From NCBI GenBank assembly GCA_028704265.1, contig JAQVLH010000016.1, positions 1 through 12,457 of the forward strand: 12,457 nt of DNA, read 5' to 3'. Below the pieces are notes generated by a model that was not told the origin of the DNA, searched no databases, and saw nothing but the letters and a program-made list of their open reading frames with translations. The position numbers and the translations under genes are program-made. How positions within the stretch are numbered: the first letter of the stretch is position 1; the number at the start of each line of letters is the position of its first letter. This document shows positions 1 through 5,063 of the stretch, in pieces. The stretch comes from Candidatus Nanoarchaeia archaeon. Lineage in GTDB: Archaea; Nanobdellota; Nanobdellia; Tiddalikarchaeales; Tiddalikarchaeaceae.

Positions 1-1
1 C

Positions 2-118
2 GAAGCTAAGAATAAAAAAATAGATGAAATGAAGGTTGAAGAAATATTAGAAAAAATGGTAAGAACCGGAGAGCTTTTTAAACCAAGGCACGGAATAATA
101 AGGAGGATAAACAAATGA
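2..118 (+). CDS. 3' end of a CDS truncated by the window edge; unidentified protein with a winged-helix-like C-terminal tail
   Basis: Frame 2 is open from the window edge and translates EAKNKKIDEMKVEEILEKMVRTGELFKPRHGIIRRINK. The stop TGA at 116-118 overlaps the next start (ATGA at 115-118). The tail GELFKPRHGIIRRI resembles the tail of the next ORF (SAIYEPTKHNYKVL), the G/x-[IL]-[FY]-x-P pattern seen at the end of replication-protein WH domains. Confidence 0.5.
   Translation, partial: EAKNKKIDEMKVEEILEKMVRTGELFKPRHGIIRRINK
101..107 (+). promoter_or_regulatory. Shine-Dalgarno sequence (AGGAGGA) for the 115-786 ORF, embedded in the last codons of the upstream CDS
   Basis: AGGAGGA, then a 7-nt spacer, then ATG at 115. 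The start overlaps the upstream stop in ATGA. Confidence 0.6.
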
Positions 119-786
119 GTGATTTTGAAAGATTAACCGCATATAAGACTACATTAAAAATTATTAATGCAGCAGAATATACTCCAATGCAAGGGCAAGC
201 AGATTATATTTCAATAAAAAATTTAAAAATAAGCAGGGTAAGAATTTTTGGAACAGTAGTAACAAAAACTATTGCGCAAGATTCCTCATACGCGTTTTTA
301 ACACTTGATGATTCAACAGACACAATGTCTATTAGCAGCAGGAAGGATTTCAAAACAGGGGAAACTAATGTAGAAATGTTTGAAAAAATAATGCCAGGAG
401 ACATTATTGAAATAATAGGAAGAGTAAATGAATGGGAAGGAAAAAGAAAAATAAATGCTGAAATAATAAAAACAATCTTTGACCCAAATCATTGGCTATA
501 TCATCAATATGAATTATTATTATCAAAAGAAAAAATTGAAAGAATAAAAGAAACAAAAGAAGAAGGAATAAGTACAGGCGTTGATATAAAAATTGAAAAA
601 AAACCAGAAGATTTAATACTTGAAATAATAAAAGAGAATGACATAGGCAAAGGAACAAGCATGGCATTAATAATAAATATGTCAAAATTAAAAGAAAAAA
701 ATGTTGAAGATGCGCTGAAAAATCTTTTAAATGATAGCGCAATATATGAACCAACGAAACATAATTATAAAGTGCTAGATGAGTGA
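115..786 (+). CDS. RPA32/Rpa2-like single-stranded DNA-binding protein (OB fold plus C-terminal winged helix)
   Basis: The N-terminal half has an OB-fold nucleic-acid-binding pattern (VRIFGTVV...AFLTLDDSTDTM...GDIIEIIGRVNEWEGKRKINAEII). A K/E-rich linker follows, then a WH-like tail (LILEIIKEN...VEDALKNLLNDSAIYEPTKHNYKVL) comparable to the eukaryotic RPA32 C-terminus. SD AGGAGGA at 101-107 lies 7 nt upstream of the ATG. Confidence 0.55.
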   Translation: MSDFERLTAYKTTLKIINAAEYTPMQGQADYISIKNLKISRVRIFGTVVTKTIAQDSSYAFLTLDDSTDTMSISSRKDFKTGETNVEMFEKIMPGDIIEIIGRVNEWEGKRKINAEIIKTIFDPNHWLYHQYELLLSKEKIERIKETKEEGISTGVDIKIEKKPEDLILEIIKENDIGKGTSMALIINMSKLKEKNVEDALKNLLNDSAIYEPTKHNYKVLDE

Positions 787-792
787 TAAATA

Positions 793-1197
793 ATGATGAG
801 TTATGAAGATTTAGTAAAAAGATTCAGGCAATTAATGCCATACAAAGGAGAAGAAAAAGTAAGATTTGAAGTTCCAAAAGTAAAAGGAAGAATGCAAGGA
901 AAGAAAACAATAATAAGCAATCTTAAGCAAATAGCTGACTTCTTAGACAGGGATGAAAAAATGCTTTTATCATTTTTATTAAAAGAATTAGCAACTAAAG
1001 GAATTCAAGAAGGACAATACACTAGCTTTAGCGGAAATTTTAGCGCTGATAAAATAAATGAAAAAGTGGATAAATTTGTTAGTGAATTCGTAAATTGCAG
1101 AGAATGCAAGAAACCAGATACTAAATTAGTGAAAAAAGACAGGGTAATGTTTATTACATGCATGGCATGCGGAGCAAAGTACCCGGTAAGAAAATGA
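793..1197 (+). CDS. eif2b: translation initiation factor aIF2 beta subunit
   Basis: 134 aa, the typical size. N-terminal YEDLVKRF... helix. C-terminal zinc ribbon CRECKKPDT...CMACGAKYPV (C-x2-C ... C-x2-C), characteristic of the eIF2-beta/eIF5 domain. Lies 6 nt after the previous stop. Confidence 0.9.
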   Translation: MMSYEDLVKRFRQLMPYKGEEKVRFEVPKVKGRMQGKKTIISNLKQIADFLDRDEKMLLSFLLKELATKGIQEGQYTSFSGNFSADKINEKVDKFVSEFVNCRECKKPDTKLVKKDRVMFITCMACGAKYPVRK

Positions 1198-1493
1198 TAC
1201 TTGCAAAATATCATCAATCTGAAAGAGATTTATTATTGGCAGCATGCGATTCTGATTTAATAGGCAAAACTATTATTTTAGAAAACGGGGCAGAGGTAAA
1301 AATATTAGAAAGCTTTTACAAAGATAAAATAGTCAGCGAAGAAGAATTAATAATCATGGCTAAAGAATGCACTACTGGGAATTTTTTCGGAAAAGAAACA
1401 ATTAATGCATTAACAAAAGCGGGAATAATATTCAAAGAATCAACAATGGACCTTAAAGGCGTGCCACACAGCCAATTATATAAATTTTTTTAA
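1194..1493 (+). CDS. DUF424-family conserved archaeal protein of unknown function
   Basis: MILAKYHQSERDLLLAACDSDLIGK... matches the DUF424 N-terminal pattern. I place the start at ATG 1194, which overlaps the aIF2-beta stop (ATGA at 1194-1197). The track start at 1158 would run 40 nt inside aIF2-beta. Confidence 0.7.
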   Translation: MILAKYHQSERDLLLAACDSDLIGKTIILENGAEVKILESFYKDKIVSEEELIIMAKECTTGNFFGKETINALTKAGIIFKESTMDLKGVPHSQLYKFF

Positions 1494-1852
1494 TATTCAA
1501 TATTTTTTTTATCAGGAATAAATTTAATTTCCAAACCCGAATTATACATTAATCTATCAACTGGTGCTGGAGATTTAGGCTCATCATCATCGTCATTATT
1601 ATTGCTAAATTCATGTTTTGAAACAGCATTTTTTAAAACTTTTTTGCTTTTAATTGCATTAAAATATTTCATAACTTCTTCCTTTTCCTTACCTGTTAAT
1701 TTTGGAGTAACTATTTCAGAATTATAATTTGAAACAGCGGCATTAAAATATTTAACTATTCTTTCCATTTCGCTGCCTGTTAATTCTGGAGAAACTATTT
1801 CAGCATTATGTTTTGAAACAGCGGCTTTAAAATACGATTGAATTTCACTCAT
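1490..1852 (-). CDS. hypothetical protein with about 28-aa tandem repeats and an acidic N/D-rich linker
   Basis: ATG start, with a TATA-like box centred about 28 nt upstream. Internal repeats are YFKAAVSKHNAEIVSPELTGSEMERIVK, YFNAAVSNYNSEIVTPKLTGKEKEEVMK and YFNAIKSKKVLKNAVSKHEF, then NNNDDDDE. I recognise no family. Confidence 0.6.
   Translation of the reverse strand: MSEIQSYFKAAVSKHNAEIVSPELTGSEMERIVKYFNAAVSNYNSEIVTPKLTGKEKEEVMKYFNAIKSKKVLKNAVSKHEFSNNNDDDDEPKSPAPVDRLMYNSGLEIKFIPDKKNIEY
1503..1510 (+). terminator. oligo-T (T8) candidate archaeal terminator for the plus-strand aIF2-beta/DUF424 unit
   Basis: Run of 8 T starting 10 nt after the DUF424 stop codon. It lies inside the C-terminal codons of the convergent minus-strand ORF. 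Confidence 0.35.
1692..1837. repeat. intragenic tandem duplication, period 84 nt (two well-conserved copies; a degenerate third copy at about 1605-1680)
   Basis: Copy A starts at 1692 (cctgttaattttggagtaactatttcagaattataatttgaaacagcggcattaaaata). Copy B starts at 1776 (cctgttaattctggagaaactatttcagcattatgttttgaaacagcggctttaaaata). My hand alignment gives 6 mismatches over the first 59 nt. Confidence 0.8.
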
Positions 1853-1870
1853 AATTATTAAAAAGAAATA

Positions 1871-1886
1871 ATTCTATTTAAAAAAG
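1871..1886 (-). promoter_or_regulatory. archaeal TATA-box promoter (plus-strand attctatttaaaaaag) for 1490-1852
   Basis: The minus strand reads CTTTTTTAAATAGAAT, centred about 28 nt upstream of the ATG at 1852. This implies a leaderless or very short-leader mRNA. The same 15-mer recurs at 2965-2979. Confidence 0.5.
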
Positions 1887-1908
1887 TATTTATGAGGGCA
1901 TTTTTAAT

Positions 1909-2391
1909 TTAAAGCATAATATTATTTTCATCATCAATTTTAAATACGCAATTTTCTTCAATCAATGTTAAAATTTTTTTAGCTTTTTTAACCTTTAATG
2001 ATTCTTCTTCATTTTCAGGAAGATGAGTTAGCACAAAATCCACAAAATTGTTGCTGTCATAACGAAAATGCAAATCGTTGATTTCTCCGATAGGGATATT
2101 ATCATTAAAGATAAAATTAATTATTTTGAATTTTGAAGATTCTTTATCACTCAAATATTTTAGGGCAAAATTTTTTATTTTTACTGGAATATTATCCAAG
2201 TAAGCTAATTTTTCCCTTGCAAATTCAGGGTGAGATTGAATAATATTATAGGCTTCTTCGTAAAGCTTTTGCTCAACTAAAAAATCAACAAAAGAAGATA
2301 AGTTTTTTTCATTTTTTTTAATGATTTTATTAACTGCGGTTTTTAATACTTCATAATTTTTTTTGAAAATTTCAGGATTTTCCTCAATCAT
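1909..2391 (-). CDS. hypothetical protein (160 aa)
   Basis: ATG start 20 nt downstream of the stop of 2412-2945, with no TATA-like box in that gap, so probably co-transcribed. No TM helix or signal peptide. No family recognised. Confidence 0.55.
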   Translation of the reverse strand: MIEENPEIFKKNYEVLKTAVNKIIKKNEKNLSSFVDFLVEQKLYEEAYNIIQSHPEFAREKLAYLDNIPVKIKNFALKYLSDKESSKFKIINFIFNDNIPIGEINDLHFRYDSNNFVDFVLTHLPENEEESLKVKKAKKILTLIEENCVFKIDDENNIML

Positions 2392-2411
2392 CCATTTAGG
2401 ATTTTTTTCAA

Positions 2412-2945
2412 TTATTTTTCAAGCATCAAAGAATCAGAATTTTGTAAAACTAATGATTTATAATCGACTATTTTGTCTTTAAACACATTATATTTATTTA
2501 ATAATGATGAAATGGCATTATAATATTTTTTGCCTATTAATTCTGGTATTTTTTCATTGATAATATTAAATCTTTTGCCAAGTTCATCATCAAGGCTTTT
2601 TATATAATTTTCATAATTATCTTTTTTTATAATATAATTTACAAGTTTTTTATATTCAATTCCGTTTTCATTAATAAAATTTGAATCTTGGATTATTTCA
2701 TAAAAAATTTTCATATTGTAAAATCTGTTAATCTCATTAATTGCGTCATTTTCTGAATAGTTATTTTTTGAAAAATCGGCCTTTAATGAAAAATCAGGAA
2801 AATTATTTTTAATATAATTGCTTGAAGTAGTTTTAAATAAAAATGATAACATTTTAGACATAAATTCTAGTTTCATCCAAGGGTTAAAATCAGGATTAAC
2901 TGAAGTGTCCTCTAAACTAAATTTTTGTTCTTCCATAATTATCAA
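2412..2945 (-). CDS. hypothetical protein (174-177 aa; start ambiguous)
   Basis: The track start at 2945 is a TTG. The first ATG is 9 nt downstream, at 2934-2936 (MEEQKF...). The TATA-like box at 2965-2979 is centred about 28 nt from the TTG and about 37 nt from the ATG. No family recognised. Confidence 0.55.
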   Translation of the reverse strand: MIIMEEQKFSLEDTSVNPDFNPWMKLEFMSKMLSFLFKTTSSNYIKNNFPDFSLKADFSKNNYSENDAINEINRFYNMKIFYEIIQDSNFINENGIEYKKLVNYIIKKDNYENYIKSLDDELGKRFNIINEKIPELIGKKYYNAISSLLNKYNVFKDKIVDYKSLVLQNSDSLMLEK

Positions 2946-2964
2946 TAAATTTAAATAAGAATTG

Positions 2965-2979
2965 ATTCTATTTAAAAAG
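2965..2979 (-). promoter_or_regulatory. archaeal TATA-box promoter (attctatttaaaaag) for the 2412-2945 / 1909-2391 pair
   Basis: Identical 15-mer to 1871-1885, sitting in the 51-nt gap between 2945 and 2997. Confidence 0.5.
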
Positions 2980-2996
2980 CTTTATAGCCGCATTTA

Positions 2997-3389
2997 TCAT
3001 CTTTCAATATTGCTGATTAATTCATCAAGGAATTCAAAATTTTTTTCTTTGCTTTTAAATTGCTCGCTAATTTTTTCCTTATTGTCAGTTATTATAATAT
3101 CAGAGTATTTAATACGCATATTAATTAATGAAGGAATATAATTTTTTCCAAAAAAACTAATAACATAATGCTTTTTTTCCAACAATTCGCTGCATTCTTT
3201 TTTTTTGTCCAAAGGTATGTAAATTGATATCATTTCAAGATTTTTTCTGCGTTCAGTTTCAACATTGGCATAATTAGGTTTTATAAGTGAAGTTTTTTCT
3301 TCAAAAATTCTATTAAAATAATTGTTAAATCTTTCTTCATCTTCTATATATACACTTACATCAATTATATCATTATTATTAATACTCAT
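2997..3389 (-). CDS. hypothetical protein (130 aa)
   Basis: ATG start. A palindromic TATA-like box is centred about 29 nt upstream. No TM helix or signal peptide. No family recognised. Confidence 0.55.
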   Translation of the reverse strand: MSINNNDIIDVSVYIEDEERFNNYFNRIFEEKTSLIKPNYANVETERRKNLEMISIYIPLDKKKECSELLEKKHYVISFFGKNYIPSLINMRIKYSDIIITDNKEKISEQFKSKEKNFEFLDELISNIER

Positions 3390-3409
3390 GAGAATAATAA
3401 TTATAAAAA

Positions 3410-3424
3410 ATTCTTTTTAAAAAG
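3410..3424 (-). promoter_or_regulatory. archaeal TATA-box promoter (attctttttaaaaag) for 2997-3389
   Basis: The core ctttttaaaaag (3413-3424) is a perfect 12-nt palindrome, centred about 29 nt upstream of the ATG at 3389. Confidence 0.45.
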
Positions 3425-3477
3425 ATTTCTATATTCATGCTGGCTTTTTTTTATAATATTAATTTTGTAGTCTATAG

Positions 3478-4440
3478 TTATTCCAAAGGGTTGGATTCAA
3501 AAGGTATTGAGCCCATAAATTTTTTCTTAAACTTCCTCCAGCTTGAATCAGGCTCGTAATTTTTTAAATCATTCCCTTCAATAAGCAAATTATATAAGTT
3601 TATTTTATCCTCAATATTATTGCAATGTCCTCTCATGTTTGCCAATAAAACATTATCATTGTAGGCATTCAAATTTATTTTAAAATTCTTAAGCCCAATC
3701 ATTTGGTTGGAAACTACTCTAAGCTTTTCAAGGCTTAATTTTTTAACGCTGTCAGGAAAAACAACCTTTTCATATCTTTCAATTTCCAATTCTGAAAGAT
3801 TTTCTAAATTGCCTATTCTTTCGTCAATTTTTAAATTTCTCATGCTGTCAATCAATAATAAGTCAAGCAAGAATTCGCTTTTAATTCTTTTAGATAAATC
3901 ATAAATTTCTGAAGAATTATGCCTAAAGCTCAAAGAGTCCCCCCTATAATTCATGTTTAATTTTTTGCATAAATATTCAGTTGCTTTAGGAAAATAAAAC
4001 TCAGGATGTTTAACTGCATCATGAATTTTCATAATATTTTCTTTGTCATTAATTTTCACTTCATTGCATGAGTAATAGCATAAAAAATCTAAATATTGAT
4101 AATGCTCTTTAGCCTGAATAGGGGTTACATTTTTTAATCCATGTTCAAGGTAAGAAGTGAAATTGCGAGTCATAAGATTTTCAATTTGAGGGCTCTGAAG
4201 CTTTAATCCTGTCAGATTTTTTAAGCTGAATATTTCAGGAGGAATAATTCCAGTAATGTGCGCATAGGTTATTTTATCATCTTCTATTTTGAAAAAATAA
4301 TCCCTTCGTAAAGCAGACCTGTTATTTTTAAGTGTAAGGGAGAATAAATAAGGCATTATTCCCTTATGCAATTCATAATTTTGGCTGAGCATTGATTCTA
4401 TAAATTTCTTGTCAGAGCTTATTAAATTTTCAATAACCAT
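3478..4440 (-). CDS. hypothetical protein with leucine-rich-repeat-like segments (320 aa)
   Basis: Two segments fit the LRR consensus: ITGIIPPEIFSLKNLTGLKLQSPQIENL (about residues 62-89) and IGNLENLSELEIERYEKVVFPDSVKKLSLEKLRVVSNQMIGLKNF (about residues 209-253). They are separated by about 120 residues I cannot assign. ATG start with a TATA-like box about 29 nt upstream. Confidence 0.6.
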   Translation of the reverse strand: MVIENLISSDKKFIESMLSQNYELHKGIMPYLFSLTLKNNRSALRRDYFFKIEDDKITYAHITGIIPPEIFSLKNLTGLKLQSPQIENLMTRNFTSYLEHGLKNVTPIQAKEHYQYLDFLCYYSCNEVKINDKENIMKIHDAVKHPEFYFPKATEYLCKKLNMNYRGDSLSFRHNSSEIYDLSKRIKSEFLLDLLLIDSMRNLKIDERIGNLENLSELEIERYEKVVFPDSVKKLSLEKLRVVSNQMIGLKNFKINLNAYNDNVLLANMRGHCNNIEDKINLYNLLIEGNDLKNYEPDSSWRKFKKKFMGSIPFESNPLE

Positions 4441-4461
4441 GGAATAATAGAAATAAATATT

Positions 4462-4474
4462 ATTATTTAAAAAT
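4462..4474 (-). promoter_or_regulatory. archaeal TATA-box promoter (attatttaaaaat) for 3478-4440
   Basis: Centred about 29 nt upstream of the ATG at 4440. Its T5 run on the minus strand lies about 25 nt after the carS stop, so it could also terminate carS transcription. Confidence 0.45.
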
Positions 4475-4496
4475 ATGTTATCACTTACCCGTTAAT

Positions 4497-5012
4497 TTAC
4501 CAGGGCTCTTTTTTGACTCCAATCTTGTAGCCAATAATATTAGCTAATCTATGGATTAAAGGAGTTAAAGTTAATCCTATAATCATTACCCAATAAGAGT
4601 ATTCAGTAAGAATTCTAATAAAAATTAAAGTGCCAATCATAAAATCCATCATATCTAATAATCCTGCATTTTGGCCTCTTTTCATATTCATGCGTCTTTT
4701 GATAAAACTTCCAGTTAAATCTCCAAGCATTGCACCTAATCCAATGAAAGCGTAGCCAAAAGGAGTAATATTAATCCAAGGCAAATTAAGATAATAATAA
4801 ACATATTTTATTAATAATCCTGAAATAAACGCTATTAAGCAGGCAAAAATTAATCCTTCAAAAGTTTTACCTTCGCCAAAAATCCTATTTTTTCCCCATT
4901 TTTTTCCAAAATCAAGAGAGTGTTTTTTAAATTTTATTAAAAAAGTAGGAGCCCCATTTGCTAAATAAGCAGGCAAAAGTAGCTGAATTGTTGAAATTAT
5001 AATATTTAGCAT
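4497..5012 (-). CDS. carS: CDP-archaeol synthase (CDP-2,3-bis-O-geranylgeranyl-sn-glycerol synthase, DUF46 family)
   Basis: Multi-TM protein with the CarS signature blocks LLLPAYLANGAP, GEGKTFEG, LGDLTGSFIKRRMNMKRGQ and LLDMMDF. Confidence 0.85.
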   Translation of the reverse strand: MLNIIISTIQLLLPAYLANGAPTFLIKFKKHSLDFGKKWGKNRIFGEGKTFEGLIFACLIAFISGLLIKYVYYYLNLPWINITPFGYAFIGLGAMLGDLTGSFIKRRMNMKRGQNAGLLDMMDFMIGTLIFIRILTEYSYWVMIIGLTLTPLIHRLANIIGYKIGVKKEPW

Positions 5013-5030
5013 AAATTATGATATTAGTTA

Positions 5031-5044
5031 GTTTTTTAAAAAGC
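5031..5044. promoter_or_regulatory. single palindromic TATA box (gTTTTTTAAAAAgc) shared by divergent carS and the CDP-alcohol phosphatidyltransferase gene
   Basis: The intergenic spacer is 51 nt (5013-5063). The TTTTTAAAAA centre at 5037/5038 is about 25.5 nt from the carS ATG (5012) and about 26.5 nt from the plus-strand ATG (5064). Confidence 0.5.
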
Positions 5045-5063
5045 CTATTATTTCATAGAAAAT

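Noticed and set aside
204-754. Minus-strand track ORFs 204-404 and 404-754 (66 and 116 aa)
   Set aside because: They lie entirely antisense to the well-supported OB-fold CDS. Their translations are low-complexity L/F/I-rich strings, typical of the reverse frame of K/E-rich AT-rich genes. No promoter box is present.
1158-1193. Track start at 1158 for the DUF424 ORF (MHGMRSKVPGKK extension)
   Set aside because: It would overlap aIF2-beta by 40 nt. The ATG at 1194 forms an ATGA stop-start junction, and the conserved DUF424 N-terminus begins there.
1005-1217. Minus-strand ORF 1005-1217 (70 aa)
   Set aside because: Antisense to the aIF2-beta zinc-ribbon region. No start context and no recognisable motifs.
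3445-3452. T8 tract on the plus strand in the 3390-3477 gap, looking like a plus-strand terminator
   Set aside because: There is no plus-strand gene or convincing small RNA upstream of it. The only plus-strand ORF nearby (3707-3904) is downstream and antisense to the LRR-like CDS. This is probably just AT-rich spacer.
3707-3904. Plus-strand ORF 3707-3904 (65 aa)
   Set aside because: Fully antisense within the 320-aa CDS, S/L/F-rich and low complexity, with no promoter box upstream.
1490-4440. Interpreting the orphan block as an integrated virus, plasmid or transposon
   Set aside because: I can see no integrase, transposase or capsid-like gene, no tRNA target and no flanking direct or inverted repeats. 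The left boundary shares a stop codon with a core gene. By eye, its composition is not obviously different from the flanks, but I could not compute this.
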